DNA of 64,000 bases, taken from assembly GCA_963818475.1 (NCBI GenBank), contig CAWFSF010000006.1, forward strand, positions 1,856,001 to 1,920,000. The letters are read 5' to 3'. Origin of the DNA: Nitrospirota bacterium (GTDB lineage Bacteria > Nitrospirota > UBA9217). The position numbers and the translations under genes were made by a program. Below the pieces are notes generated by a model. The model was not told the DNA's origin. It saw only the letters and a list, made by a program, of their open reading frames with translations, and made no database searches. Positions 33,581 to 44,995 of this stretch are shown here, piece by piece (position 1 is the stretch's first letter; the number at the start of each line of letters is the position of its first letter).

Positions 33581-34144
33581 TCACAGCTTTAAAAAATTCC
33601 TGAGCAGGTCCTTGCCCGCGTTGGTCAGGATCGACTCGGGATGGAACTGCACGCCTTCCACCTTGAACTGCTTGTGCCGCACGCCCATGATGATGCCGTC
33701 GTCGGTCCAGGCCGTCACTTCGAGCACGGACGGCAGGGTCTCGCGCTTGATGATAAGCGAATGATAGCGCGTTGCCTCAAAAGGGTTCGGCAACCCGGCA
33801 AAAAGGGTCTTGTTGTCGTGGTGGATCATGGAGGTCTTGCCGTGCATCAGGTAGGGCGCGCGGATCACGTCGCCGCCGAAGGCCTCTCCGATGGACTGGT
33901 GCCCCAGGCAGACGCCGAGCACCGGCACCTTGCCCGCGAAATGTTTGATCACGTCGATGGAGATCCCCGCCTCCTTGGGCGTACAGGGGCCGGGCGAGAT
34001 CACGATGCGCTCGGGCTTCATCTTCTCGATCTCCGCGATCGAGATCTTGTTGTTCCGGTAGACCTGCAGGCTCTGCCCCAGTTCGCCGAAGTACTGGACC
34101 AGGTTGTAGGTGAAGGAATCGTAATTGTCGATCATTAATAACAT
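33581..34144 (-). CDS. trpG: Anthranilate synthase component II (glutamine amidotransferase)
   Basis: [30 protein letters not shown]. Confidence 0.93.
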   Translation of the reverse strand: MLLMIDNYDSFTYNLVQYFGELGQSLQVYRNNKISIAEIEKMKPERIVISPGPCTPKEAGISIDVIKHFAGKVPVLGVCLGHQSIGEAFGGDVIRAPYLMHGKTSMIHHDNKTLFAGLPNPFEATRYHSLIIKRETLPSVLEVTAWTDDGIIMGVRHKQFKVEGVQFHPESILTNAGKDLLRNFLKL

Positions 34145-34164
34145 AAGAACCTCTGAAAATCGTC

Positions 34165-34312
34165 TCTCGCAAAGGCGCAAAGGGCGCAAAGGAAATCTTT
34201 TGACTTCTAGAATCTAGACCAGAGCCTTATTTTAAGTTTCTGTCATTAAATCGTTATACGTCTCGTTCGATTTTGACCTGTTTTTCTTTGCGAGCTTTGC
34301 GCCTTTGCGAGA
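34165..34312. repeat. 8/9-nt-periodic inverted-repeat element between trpE and trpG
   Basis: Left arm TCTCGCAAAGGCGCAAAGGGCGCAAAG; reverse complement of right arm TCTCGCAAAGGCGCAAAGCTCGCAAAG (25/27 by eye). Confidence 0.88.
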
Positions 34313-34333
34313 AAACCGTTTTGGCTTTTGTAT

Positions 34334-35822
34334 TTAGTCCAAACCCTTTTCCGCCATTTCCACGGCGCGCATCATGGCCTGGGCCTTGTTCACGGTCTCC
34401 TGGTACTCGGCAGCAGGGTCGCTGTCCGCCACCACGCCGCCGCCGGCCTGGATGTAGGCCGTATCGTCCTTGATCACGAGCGTCCGGATGGTGATGCAGG
34501 TGTCCATGTTGCCCGAGAAACCGAAGTAGCCGACCGCGCCTGCATAGGGGCCGCGTTTCGTGGGCTCCAGCTCGTCGATGATCTGCATGGCCCTGATCTT
34601 GGGCGCCCCCGAAACGGTGCCTGCAGGAAAACAGGCGCGGATCACGTCATAGGAGTCCTTGCCCGGCGACAGCCTGCCGCGCACGTTCGACACGATGTGC
34701 ATCACGTGGGAATAGCGTTCGATCACCATCAGCTCGGAAACGGAAACGCTGCCCGGTTCGCTCACGCGGCCCACGTCGTTCCTGCCGAGGTCCACCAGCA
34801 TGATATGCTCGGCCCGCTCCTTGGGATCGGCAAGCAGTTCATCGGCCAGCGCCTGGTCCTCTTCCTCGGTCGTGCCGCGTTTGCGCGTACCGGCGATGGG
34901 CCTGAGGTCTATCCGTTCCCCTTCGAGCCTGACCATCACCTCCGGCGATGCGCCCACAACGGTCGCCGTGCCGCAGCGCAGAAAATACATGTAGGGCGAG
35001 GGATTGATGAGCCGCAATGCGCGGTAGATCTCATAGGGCTCGACGGAAATTTTGGTTTGGAACCGCTGGGACGGCACGACCTGAAAGATGTCGCCGGCCT
35101 TGATATATTCCTTTGCCTTCAGCACGGCCTGCTCGTACTGCGGCTGCGTGAAATTGGAGGTGAGCGTATGTGGCTTTGTTTTGGCTTTCCCCTTGCCCCT
35201 TGACCCCTGACCCTGTGACCCCGGTCTTGATTTTTTTTACCAGCCGGTTGATCTTCGCAACGGCCTCTTTGTAGGCAGCCTCGGCCGAACGGCCCTTCAC
35301 GTGCGCGTTCGACACGACCTTCAGCTTGTGCGTGACATTGTCGAAGATCACGAGGGTATCCGTGATCATGAAGAAGACATCGGGAATGTCCAGCCCTTCT
35401 TTCGGCCTGGCAGGCAGTTCCTCGAAATAATTGACCACATCGTATCCCATGAACCCTACGGCGCCGCCGAAAAAACGCGGCAGTGAAGGGTCCGGCACGG
35501 GCTGGTATTCGGCGAGGAGGGCCTTGACCGCTTCAAGCGGGTCGCGGTCGAACTGCGTTTTCTGCTTTTTGCCGGCCCGGGTGATCTCCACGATGCGGCC
35601 GGAGCTCTTGACGATGACCGACGGCCGACTGCCGAGAAAGGAGTAGCGGGCCCACTTCTCCCCTCCTTCCATGCTTTCGAGAAGAAAGGAATGACGCCCG
35701 TCGTCGATCTTCAGGAAGGCCGACACCGGCGTTTCCATATCTGCAAGGATCTCGCGATAGACCGGTATCAGGTTGCCTTTTTTCGCCCGCAGCTTAAACT
35801 GTTCGAAAGATGGCTGTATCAT
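34334..35822 (-). CDS. trpE: Anthranilate synthase component I; frameshift near 35190
   Basis: [45 protein letters not shown]. Confidence 0.95.
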
Positions 35823-35862
35823 AAAATGCCGCAAAACTCCTTGCAAAATGAAAGGTTTAAGT

Positions 35863-35892
35863 ACTATACCAGATAATGAAAAGAGGTGTCAA
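35863..35892 (-). promoter_or_regulatory. Sigma-70 promoter of the trp operon
   Basis: TTGACA-18 nt-TATAGT with TG extension, about 40 nt before the trpE start. Confidence 0.6.
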
Positions 35893-36092
35893 TCAGAAAG
35901 ACTGCACAGGAAGCTGACAGGAGCGGCAAAGAGGCCGGGCGCTGCGGGTTCGACCATCTGGTTCTTAAGACCCTCATATGAACACAACGCTGTTCAGGCA
36001 CAGGCTGTTATTCAGTGCAAGGAATCACAAGAATAGCTCTTCCCGCGAAAGCGATGCCGGCCGGCAGAACAGGGTTGGCAGATTATCGTTGG

Positions 36093-37989
36093 CTATATAT
36101 CCAGATCTGCATAGGACGCCCGTTCCTGAATGAACGTGAACCGTGCCTTCGGGTCCTTGCCCATCAGCCGTTCGAACACGTCGCCGGTCGCCTTATGGTC
36201 CAGCACCTGCACGCGCATGAGGGTCCGCGTCTTGGGATTCATGGTCGTCGACTTTCAAGGTCTCCGGGTTCATTTCGCCCAGACCTTTAAAGCGGCCCAC
36301 TTCATACTTTCTGTTGTTCAGTTTCGCAACGATCTTTTCTTTTTCCATTTCGTCCATGGCGTAGAAAACGTCCTTGCCGGCCTCGATCTTGAAGAGCGGC
36401 GGCATGGCAAGATAGACATGTCCGTGGGCGATCAGCTCCGGCATGTACCGGTAGATGAAGGTCAGCAGCAGCACGCTGATGTGCGCGCCGTCAACGTCGG
36501 CGTCGGTCATGAGGATCACCCGATTGTACCGGAGCTTATTGAGGTCGAAATGCGCTCCCACGCCGCAGCCGAGCGTTGCAAGCAGGTTCTTGATCTCGTT
36601 GTTCTGCTGGATCCGTTCGAGCGATGCCACCTGCTCCACGTTCAGGATCTTGCCGCGAAGCGACAGTATGGCCTGGGTCTTCCGGTCACGGGCCATTTTT
36701 GCGGAGCCGCCTGCCGACTCCCCTTCCACGATGAAGACCTCGGTCTCCTCCACTTTATTGGAGGAGCAATCGGCGAGCTTGCCCGGCAGGTTCAGCTTGA
36801 GCGAAGACAGTTTCCGGGTGACATTGTCCTTGGCAGCGCGCGACGCCATACGGGCCTCGGCGGCCAGCAGAACGCGCTTTACCACAGCGTCCGCCATGGT
36901 GGGGTTCCCCAGCAGATAGGCCTCGCAGGCGTTCTTGACCGAGGCCTCGATGGGCGACAGGATCTCGGGGTTGTTCAGCTTCTCCTTGGTCTGGCCCTGG
37001 AACTGCGGGTTCATCACGAGCACGCTCACGATGCCGTACAGCCCCTCGTACACGTCCTCCGATGCGATGGTCTTGATGTTCTTGGGGATAAGGTTCTTCC
37101 GCTCGGCATAGGCGCGCACGGCCTTGGTGAGCCCGGCCCTGACCCCCATTTCGTGCGTCCCGCCGTCGGACGTGTTGATCGAGTTCGCGTAGGAATGGAT
37201 CTCGGTGTCCGTGGCAGTGGTCCAGTGCACGGCGCACTCGATCTTGAAGTCATCCTCTTTCTCGAAGTAGAACGGCTCCGGGTTCACCAAAAGCGTCCCC
37301 GAAACGATCCGCTTGATATAGTCCTGGATGCCGTTGTCGTATTTAAAGGTGACCGGCTTTTCCCCGTCCCGCGCGTTCTCGATGGTGATCTTGAGGCCCT
37401 TGTTCAAAAAGGCCTTGCTCTCGGAGACATCGAGGATGTTCTTATAGTTGAAGATCGTTTTGGAAAAGATCTCCGGGTCGGGCCGGAAATAGATGGACGT
37501 GCCGTGCGCCTTGGTCGGCGTGCCCTTCTTGAGGTTCCCCTTGGGCTTCCCGCGCGAGAACTCCTGGGTCCACTCGTAGCCGTCTCGCTCTACCGTGGCG
37601 ATAAACACCTCGGAAAGCGCGTTCACCACCGAAGCACCCACGCCGTGGAGCCCGCCCGAGGATTTGTAGGCCGTGTGGTCGAACTTGCCGCCTGCATGGA
37701 GCGTGCAGAGGATCGTCTCGATGGCCGGCCGTTTGGTCTTGGGATGGATATCGACGGGCATGCCCCGGCCGTTGTCCGTCACGGTCACGCCGCCGTCCTT
37801 CTCGATCCGGAGCGTGATCGCCGTGCAGTAGCCGTTCAGCGCTTCGTCCACGGAGTTGTCGAGCATTTCCCAGACGAGATGGTGCAGTCCGCGCACATCC
37901 GTCGAACCGATATACATGGCCGGCCGCTTGCGGACCGGTTCAAGGCCTTCCAGGACCGTGATGTCCTTTGCCGTATACGTTGTCGCCAA
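36093..37989 (-). CDS. parE: Type IIA topoisomerase B subunit, ParE-like; TTG start; frameshift near 36255
   Basis: RKRPAMYIG, E..DNSVDE, DNGRGMP (Met as in ParE), GLHGVG, TOPRIM EGESAGG/DADVDG, RFKGLGEM; about 630 aa without the long GyrB insertion. Confidence 0.75.
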
Positions 37990-38192
37990 AATAGATCCTC
38001 CTGCTGCCTGCACCTGCAGCCATTCCTGCACATCGATGAGAGGCAGCTCACTTCGTTAAAAAACCATTTCTTTTCCCGTATCGGCTGCAGATTATAAATC
38101 ATGAGGGAGGATAAAGCAATATGAAGTTTTCAGTGATAATTTCTAGGCTCAGTTTTCACGCCGGACAAGCCTTCGCCTGCTGCACGCTCAAG

Positions 38193-38223
38193 AAAAAAGG
38201 CCCTCCGAATGATCGAAGGGCCC
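38193..38223 (-). terminator. Intrinsic terminator after the small lipoprotein gene
   Basis: GGCCCTTCGA...CGGAGGGCC stem followed by T6 on minus strand. Confidence 0.65.
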
Positions 38224-38245
38224 TATCCTTTGTTTCGGCTGCAGC

Positions 38246-38405
38246 CTAGTGCGCTGCCGGTGCTGCCGGTGCCGCTGTCGTGGTCGCCGTGGAAGTGACT
38301 GTCGATTCCACTGCAGGCGCCGGAGCCTCCTGCTTTCTTGCATCCCGTAAAAGCAACAGCAAGTACGAGAACAGCTATGATTGCCGAGATCTTTTTCATA
38401 TTCAT
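38246..38405 (-). CDS. Small Ala/Pro/Thr-rich lipoprotein (about 52 aa after repairing one frameshift)
   Basis: MKK...AVAFTGC lipobox; alternative frame KKQEAPAPAVESTVTSTATTTAAPAAPAAH*; RBS and terminator present. Confidence 0.7.
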
Positions 38406-38833
38406 TCACCCCCTTTCCTTCCCTGGATATATCTGCAGCACGTTTACCGCAATAGAATAAATCGGATAAAGAACGCGCTGCAGGCATGAGACAATACTTA
38501 TAGTTCGTCCTGCGACGGCACCTCACCGTTTTTTTCTGCCACCGATTCAGTTCCTGTCGCTCGGATAACTGAGCGGAGCGATTATAATACTTTCCCGGTG
38601 AAAATCAAGAGGATTTATGAGGATACCCACTTTTTCTGCCCCACCGCGATTCCGTACCGTGGAGCAGGGAATGAACCTGGACATGACTGACAGGCAGGCC
38701 ACGCGTTCTTTATCATCCCGACGGCAGTTGTACAGACCGGTCTTAACCTAAATCATATATTGACTTATCTTCAATCATGGTTAACGATGGGTATTATAAT
38801 GAGTATGGTTTCAGATGACCAGAGAAAGGCGCC

Positions 38834-39241
38834 ATGAACAGCAGACAAAACCACCTGGAAAAGCAGGAACAGCTTAAGAAGAACAAGCTTGCCGCCGGCC
38901 TGGTGTCTGAACGTTTTCCCGGAGTTTCCGAGATCGTCTTTCGCATGACCTACTACCAAAAGATCTCCCAGCCGGTCCTGATGGTGCGTACGTTGAATTT
39001 TATTTCCACTGATTATGCTTATTTTCGCATGGAATGCATGCGGGATGAATGCACTAATGGGGGCTTTGACCTGACAGCGGCTGTTGCCGCCCTGGTCAAA
39101 AGCCGGAAGAAAACGTCAAAAGGGAAAATATCCTGCTGCGGCAAGAACGAGACCCTTGCCCCCGGGCATGCAAGCATTGTTTATGAAATAACCATCCAGA
39201 GCGACAACGCAAAGAAGGTAAAGACCCGCGCTGCAAGATGA
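38834..39241 (+). CDS. Hypothetical Cys-containing basic protein
   Basis: Clean 135-aa ORF with RBS-like AAAGG; C-x4-C..GGFDL...C.G pattern; followed by a terminator. Confidence 0.65.
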   Translation: MNSRQNHLEKQEQLKKNKLAAGLVSERFPGVSEIVFRMTYYQKISQPVLMVRTLNFISTDYAYFRMECMRDECTNGGFDLTAAVAALVKSRKKTSKGKISCCGKNETLAPGHASIVYEITIQSDNAKKVKTRAAR

Positions 39242-39261
39242 TAAGTGCTGCCCACAAATAC

Positions 39262-39299
39262 AAAAAAGGCTGCCAGAAACTGATACTGACAGCCTTTTT
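39262..39299. terminator. Bidirectional intrinsic terminator
   Basis: A6-GGCTGCCAG...CTGACAGCC-T5 between convergent genes. Confidence 0.8.
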
Positions 39300-39319
39300 C
39301 ATTCCTGATAGTAAAAATT

Positions 39320-39868
39320 CTACAATTCGCTCACTTTTTTTGCGACCGCTTTGGTCGTCAACTCATTGACCTTCCTGACCACATTTTTCCAGTCCCGAGC
39401 CGAGCCCACACTCTGATCATCTGAAAGCAGCGGCTTCGAGTCACTGCCGAACAGCTCAAAGTGCGTGTCCATCGAGGTCGCGCCGGCACCGAATCCCACG
39501 AACCTCCGGGCGACCTTGCTGCCGGCATTATAATTCGTGATCTTGACCGTCAACAGGTACAAGCCGGCCGCCGGCTTATATTCCGACCGCTTATCGATAA
39601 GACGCGCATTGAAACCGGACTTTTTAAGCACCGCTGGAAGGTCTCGCTCCATGAATTCGCCTACCTGGTCGCGATTATTCGCTTGATAATTGGTGAATGA
39701 TGGTTCGATGCCCCGATCTATCAACACAAGCAGGTTTGTTCCCTTGACGGACGACGTTTTCCCCGATTCAGCTTTACCGGATGCTTCTCTTGGCGCCTTC
39801 GCACAGGCAGACAGTCCAACCATCATCACAACTGCTATCAGCACTACCACTCTGATTCTGTTCTTCAT
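39320..39868 (-). CDS. Lipoprotein, DUF4410-like
   Basis: LSAC lipobox; GS..ARR.VGFGAG motif. Confidence 0.7.
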   Translation of the reverse strand: MKNRIRVVVLIAVVMMVGLSACAKAPREASGKAESGKTSSVKGTNLLVLIDRGIEPSFTNYQANNRDQVGEFMERDLPAVLKKSGFNARLIDKRSEYKPAAGLYLLTVKITNYNAGSKVARRFVGFGAGATSMDTHFELFGSDSKPLLSDDQSVGSARDWKNVVRKVNELTTKAVAKKVSEL

Positions 39869-39969
39869 CAGCGGTCCTCCTTGACCATGCGTAAATATGT
39901 CTGTGAGCTCTACCCGCGGGACCTAAAAACGGTCGTACCCGCTTTCGCCCCGATCAGCCCGGCCGGGTT

Positions 39970-41451
39970 TCAGCGCAAGAATCTCCGGCCGTCCAGACTT
40001 GCCTGCTCCGCAGCGGTCCCCTTACCGGTAAGTTGAGCCGCTCTCGCCGCTGCCCCGCTGCTGCCGGTTCCCGCAGCCGGCTCCTGCTCAACCTTGAAGA
40101 AAGCTATGCTGTCATTAAGCTGCTCCGCCTGGGAAGCCAGTTCTTCCGCTGTGGATGACATTTCTTCGGCGCTTGCGGTGTTCTGCTGGATCACTTCGTT
40201 GAGCTGCTGAATAGCATTGTTGATCTGGTTTGCCCCCGAGGCCTGCTCTTTCGATGACGCACTGATCTCCTGCACAAGCTCGGCAGTTTTCTGGATGTCC
40301 GGCACGAGCCTGGTCAGCATGACCCCCGCCATTTCCGCAACTTCAACGCTCGACGCGGAAAGCAGGCTGATCTCGCCCGCGGCGGCCTGGCTTCGCTCGG
40401 CGAGTTTTCGCACTTCTGCCGCGACAACGGCGAAACCCTTCCCGTGTTCGCCCGCCCGGGCGGCTTCGATCGCCGCGTTCAGCGCCAGCAGATTCGTCTG
40501 GCGCGCGATCTCCTCGATGATCGAGATCTTGCCGGCGATCTCCTTCATGGCGGACACGGCCTGATTCACCGCCTTGCCGCTTTCGAGCGCGTCGCCTGAG
40601 CTCTTGAGCGCGATCTTTTCGGTCTGTTGCGCGTTGTCCGCATTCTGCCTGATCGTGGCGTTCATTTCCTCAATGGAGGATGAAACTTCTTCCGCCGATG
40701 CAGCCTGCTCCGTTGATCCCTGCGACATCCGGGAGGAGCTGTCGTTGATATCGGCACTCATGGTCGAAACGCTCGCGGCCGCGGCTTTGACATTCACCAC
40801 GACCCGGCTCAGGGTGGCGACCATGCTTTTCATACTCTCCAGGAGCTGGCCCAATTCGTCTGTTCGGTCGTTGGCAATGGCGATATTCAATTCTCCCCGG
40901 GCCAAACGTGCCGTGACAGCGACGCACTCCTTGAGCGGCCGGGTGACGCTGCGGACCAGCAGAACAATGCCGAATGCAAAACAGATGACAGCCGTCAGCG
41001 TGCTGGCTGCTATGATGATGATGCTGCTCGTTATCGATTTTTTGATCGACGCGGTGGAGTAGGCGATCGTAAAAGACCCGAGCTTGCGGTTATCGGCGTC
41101 ATGCAATTCCCGCTTGAACAGGAGCAGATCCTGGACCCGCTCCGGTTCTTCCTGCTTCGTCAGCTTTTTTTGCTCTTCGTTGTAAAATCCCACAAACGAC
41201 ACATCCGGGTCCTTCCGGACATCTTCTACGAAATTATCGAGTGCGAGATAATTGAAATTGGCGAGATAGTCGCTGCCTACATGCCCGGCAAGATCGGCCA
41301 CTGAATTGCCCTTCGAATCAAGCGAAGCGCGTATGGAGCGTACATTCTGTACTGCGAGAAACGCGCCGAGCCCGCCGAAGAGCACGATTACCAGACCGAG
41401 CGTGGTCACGAGAAATTTTGCACCCAGTGATGTTTTTACCGTACTCTTCAT
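39970..41451 (-). CDS. Methyl-accepting chemotaxis protein (2 TM, HAMP)
   Basis: [37 protein letters not shown]; own ATG (MKSTVK) after the upstream gene's stop. Confidence 0.92.
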   Translation of the reverse strand: MKSTVKTSLGAKFLVTTLGLVIVLFGGLGAFLAVQNVRSIRASLDSKGNSVADLAGHVGSDYLANFNYLALDNFVEDVRKDPDVSFVGFYNEEQKKLTKQEEPERVQDLLLFKRELHDADNRKLGSFTIAYSTASIKKSITSSIIIIAASTLTAVICFAFGIVLLVRSVTRPLKECVAVTARLARGELNIAIANDRTDELGQLLESMKSMVATLSRVVVNVKAAAASVSTMSADINDSSSRMSQGSTEQAASAEEVSSSIEEMNATIRQNADNAQQTEKIALKSSGDALESGKAVNQAVSAMKEIAGKISIIEEIARQTNLLALNAAIEAARAGEHGKGFAVVAAEVRKLAERSQAAAGEISLLSASSVEVAEMAGVMLTRLVPDIQKTAELVQEISASSKEQASGANQINNAIQQLNEVIQQNTASAEEMSSTAEELASQAEQLNDSIAFFKVEQEPAAGTGSSGAAARAAQLTGKGTAAEQASLDGRRFLR

Positions 41452-41468
41452 ACTATTCCCCTGCGCTT

Positions 41469-42317
41469 CTAGAACTTGAACGTGAACGCCTTCGTTACGC
41501 CCGCCTTCTTGAGTAGAGCCGAGCGTGTGCTTGAAATCATTTACCGTGGTCTGGATGAACCCCCGGATCTTGAGCGACTCCTTCACCGCCTTTGCTTCAG
41601 CCGACGTATCGTTTTGCACACCCAGAAGAACAGCTGCGATCTTCTGCACCGTCTGCCGGTCCATTTTGCGCGACACGATCAGGGTTCCGTCGGGATTCTC
41701 GCCCTTGTCCCCCCCAACCATCTCGTACATGGGGTACTTGTCCTTTTCCTTTGCCCAGACATGGTTCTTGATGATCGCCACATCTGCCTGTCCCCGGCTC
41801 AAGGCGTCGACTGCGGCGCCATGAGAAGCAGCCTTCAGGATTTCTTTCGGCCGCGAGGTGCCGAGGGAATAAAAATAGAACTCTCCGGCAGATGCGAGGG
41901 GAGTGAAGATCACCCGCTTGCCGTTAAAGTAGTCGGGGGACCCGGCAAAACGCGGCGATCCCTTCGGAGCGATCACGACAGCAACATAGGTGCTGACACC
42001 GTCGATCGAAACGGGGCGCGCCACCGGATCAGCCAATTCCTTGATGATCATGGTGCCGGCGATCCCCGAACCGCTGAACATGGCATTGACCCCTCCGCTG
42101 GCGAATAGATCGGCTGCGGACTGGTAGTTCTGGGTCGTCGTGAATGAAGCGGTGATGCCGTTCTTCCCGAAATAATCGAGGAGCGGCTGGAATTTTCTGG
42201 CATCGCCCGCCTGGGCCTGTGTGATCGCTATTTTGATCTCCGCAGCCTGTCCGGTTCGCCGGCAATAACAAACAGCAGCATGATCGACAGCACAAGACGA
42301 ATATATACGGTACGCAT
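41469..42317 (-). CDS. PhnD-like phosphate/phosphonate-type substrate-binding protein; two frameshifts
   Basis: Signal peptide; STY.AV, ASAG, SH..AV.AL..G.ADVA, P...L motifs; repaired end [13 protein letters not shown]. Confidence 0.75.
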
Positions 42318-42366
42318 ATTAACATCCTCCTGATCTGAATTTTAAGAACCAATAAAACGGAGTGGC

Positions 42367-42395
42367 ATGTTAAAGGAAGACATTCCCGCTGTCAA
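42367..42395 (-). promoter_or_regulatory. Sigma-70 promoter for the binding protein-MCP pair
   Basis: TTGACA-17 nt-TAACAT. Confidence 0.55.
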
Positions 42396-42517
42396 TATTT
42401 TATTTGTTGGTTTATAAACAGGTTGTTTTTAAGTGGATTCAGGCAGAATTTAACGCGCTATGGGGGAAAAATAGAACAGTGTAATTTCCTTCCGGATGAG
42501 AAGGCGTATCGACTTTC

Positions 42518-42874
42518 TTACCGCACCACCCTGGTCCGTTCCCGGTCCAGGTCATTCCTGAGCTCTTTGACCCGGCCTTCGAGATCGTTGATGCGTTCGA
42601 AAAGCAGCAGAGCTGAGATCGTGTCCGGATCGTTAGCTGGCGCTTCTCGCCAGGCAACAATAAGTTCCGCGAGCAGACCGCGTATCTGGGACAGACACTC
42701 GGCCATGGCCTGCGTCTCCCCGGCAGTTACCGGATTGTCGGTAATGATCCGTTCGGTCTCCTGTGCCAGGGACTGCAGGATCTCAAGACACTGAGCTGCA
42801 CTCACGGCTTTCCGTATCCGCTCGTCCAAATTGTCCATGCGATCCCCCGCGCCCTGCATCGATCGCTCACTCAA
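42518..42874 (-). CDS. Hypothetical helical protein coupled to the MCP gene
   Basis: ORF overlaps the MCP stop; coiled-coil-like composition. Confidence 0.5.
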   Translation of the reverse strand: MSERSMQGAGDRMDNLDERIRKAVSAAQCLEILQSLAQETERIITDNPVTAGETQAMAECLSQIRGLLAELIVAWREAPANDPDTISALLLFERINDLEGRVKELRNDLDRERTRVVR

Positions 42875-44574
42875 AAACGCTCGAAATCCGAATCTCTCTG
42901 GTCTCCCTGTCCGTTCCCGGCCGCGAGGTCGGCGATCGCCTTGTGCGAGCCGGAAGAAGCGCCGGCGAACCGCAGTGTACGGGCGGGAACAAAGCGCCTC
43001 CCGGCAACCCGGTCCACAGGAACCGCGGCCGTTTTTCTGACCGGTTCGCGGTCGAACAGCTCATTCTCTCCCACCTTAAAGAAACCGACGACCTCCTGAA
43101 GCTGGTCCGCCTGGACCGAAAGCTCCTGGGCCGTGGAGGACATTTCCTCTGCCGCTCCGGCGTTCTGCTGGATCACCTGGTTCAATTCCTGGATCGATGT
43201 ATTAATCTGGTCCGATCCGCTCGATTGCTCCTTGCTGGATGCGCTTATTTCGCGGACCAGTTCCGACGTCTTCTGGATCTCGGGCAGCAGCCGTTCGAGC
43301 ATCACGCGGGCAAGTTCCGCGACCTCTACGGTTGATGACGAAAGCTGCCCGATCTCGCCCGCTGCGGCCTGGCTCCGCTCCGCCAGCTTGCGCACTTCGG
43401 CCGCCACCACGGCAAAACCTTTTCCGTGCTCCCCGGCCCGGGCTGCCTCGATCGCCGCGTTCAGGGCGAGCAGATTGGTCTGGCGGGCGATTTCATCGAT
43501 GATCCTGATCTTTTCGGCGATCATCTTCATCGCCGTGACAGCTTCCAGCACGGCCCTGCCGCTCTCCTGAGCATCGGTCTCGGCCTTGAGCGCGATCGCC
43601 TCGGTCTCGCGGGCATTGGCCGCGTTCTGGCCGGTGCTGGCGTTCATCTCTTCGATTGCGGAAGAAGCCTCCTCCGCGGTCGCAGCCTGGGTCGTGGCGC
43701 CGTGCGAGATCTGCTCCGAATCGGCTGAAAGGCGCCGGCTGACGGTGGCAACGTTGTGGGAGGCTGTCTTGACGCTGTGCGCCACCTCTTTAAGCCGGAC
43801 GACCATGGTATTCAACGCCTCGCCCAGTACGCCCACCTCGTCACGCCCGGCGACGGCGAGTGAACGGGTCAGGTCCCCTTGGGCAACGACCTGTGCGTAA
43901 TCCACGCTTCTCCGGAGCGGTTGGGTCACGGACCGGGTGATGAGCCCTCCCAGCACAGCGCCGATGAGCAGTGCCCCGATACCGAGCACCAATAGCGCAG
44001 TGCGAATGGCGATGGCTTCCTGGTTCATGGAGCTCTCCGCCCTGGCGATATTCTCTTTCGATTTTTCCACCATGGCTTTCAGCAGTCCCTGCACCTCGCC
44101 GAGATGTTTCAACGTGACCTCCGCGAAGATCTGCCGGCCTTCCGGGACATTGCCCTGACCGCGTACGTCCCGTATCCGGGCTGCGGAGGCGTGCAGCAGG
44201 CGATGGGGCTCTTCTATGGACTGGAGGGACTCGCTCAGTTCGGGGATGGTCTTCTCCGCATCTTTCCTTCCCGATCCGTAGAACCACTTGCCGAAACCGC
44301 ACTGCGTATGGTCGAGTTGAACTGACAAAACCCGTCCGTCGTCGTTTGTATTGGAATAACGCTCCACTTCCTGTGCCCATTTCAGATGATCGACCTCGCG
44401 CTGCAGCAGTTCCTCGCTGATCCTGCTGCTCTCCGTCACGGTCTTGCCTGCATCAAAGAGGGAGGACATGCCGCGCAAAGAAAAGAGGGAAATGACAAGC
44501 AAAAGGAACAGGATGCTGCCGAAGCCGATCATCATCTTCCTGCCCAGTTTGACATTATTCCAAGCCATGTACAT
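42871..44574 (-). CDS. MCP with a CZB zinc-binding domain between two TM helices
   Basis: DHLKW...[10 protein letters not shown]...EPHRLLH; HAMP; MCP signature; C-terminal DFERF pentapeptide. Confidence 0.92.
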   Translation of the reverse strand: MYMAWNNVKLGRKMMIGFGSILFLLLVISLFSLRGMSSLFDAGKTVTESSRISEELLQREVDHLKWAQEVERYSNTNDDGRVLSVQLDHTQCGFGKWFYGSGRKDAEKTIPELSESLQSIEEPHRLLHASAARIRDVRGQGNVPEGRQIFAEVTLKHLGEVQGLLKAMVEKSKENIARAESSMNQEAIAIRTALLVLGIGALLIGAVLGGLITRSVTQPLRRSVDYAQVVAQGDLTRSLAVAGRDEVGVLGEALNTMVVRLKEVAHSVKTASHNVATVSRRLSADSEQISHGATTQAATAEEASSAIEEMNASTGQNAANARETEAIALKAETDAQESGRAVLEAVTAMKMIAEKIRIIDEIARQTNLLALNAAIEAARAGEHGKGFAVVAAEVRKLAERSQAAAGEIGQLSSSTVEVAELARVMLERLLPEIQKTSELVREISASSKEQSSGSDQINTSIQELNQVIQQNAGAAEEMSSTAQELSVQADQLQEVVGFFKVGENELFDREPVRKTAAVPVDRVAGRRFVPARTLRFAGASSGSHKAIADLAAGNGQGDQRDSDFERF

Positions 44575-44609
44575 TCTCCCTGTATGAGAATCTATAGTTC
44601 ATAACGGGA

Positions 44610-44954
44610 TCAGTGCTGCGGTTCTTGAGGAGAGCGATCCCGTTTCTGGAGCGACCGCTCCATCCCGAGCCTGGTGACTGAAAAGCCGACAGGCCCTGCA
44701 TCCTCTTCCTTTTTTACGGAGTTCATGAAATCACACTTCCAGCAGTTATGCAGCTTCTGCGCGTATGCTCCCTGCACCTTGCCGCCGCAGAGCGAACCTG
44801 CCACGACCCAGCAGGCCCTGCCTGCGTTCTGCCCGTCATGCACGCCGGCAAGATCCTGATTGGTCGTTACGGGACAAATGCCCAGATCCTGGGCCCGGCG
44901 TCCTCCCGGCTGTCTTTCGCACTTGGTGTGTTCCCAGCAGTTCTTTTTCTTCAT
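44610..44954 (-). CDS. Cys-rich two-CW-type small protein
   Basis: NCWE..KC...CP...GRACWVVAGSLC...CWKCDF. Confidence 0.75.
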   Translation of the reverse strand: MKKKNCWEHTKCERQPGGRRAQDLGICPVTTNQDLAGVHDGQNAGRACWVVAGSLCGGKVQGAYAQKLHNCWKCDFMNSVKKEEDAGPVGFSVTRLGMERSLQKRDRSPQEPQH

Positions 44955-44995
44955 GATAACGTGACAATTCCTTTTATCAATGGGTGTTCTTTGGA

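Noticed and set aside
35822-35900. trp attenuator, T-box or TrpR operator
   Set aside because: The leader is only about 40 nt with no Trp-codon peptide or terminator; AAGTACT is at most a partial TrpR half-site
38223-38405. Gly/Ser/Cys-rich RiPP-like precursor peptide
   Set aside because: That tail comes from the wrong frame; one-base repair gives an ordinary Ala/Pro/Thr lipoprotein, and no modification enzymes are nearby
39970-42081. Apparent 703-aa PhnD-MCP fusion
   Set aside because: A frameshift near 41520 joins two genes; the binding protein has its own stop at 41469 and the MCP its own start at 41451
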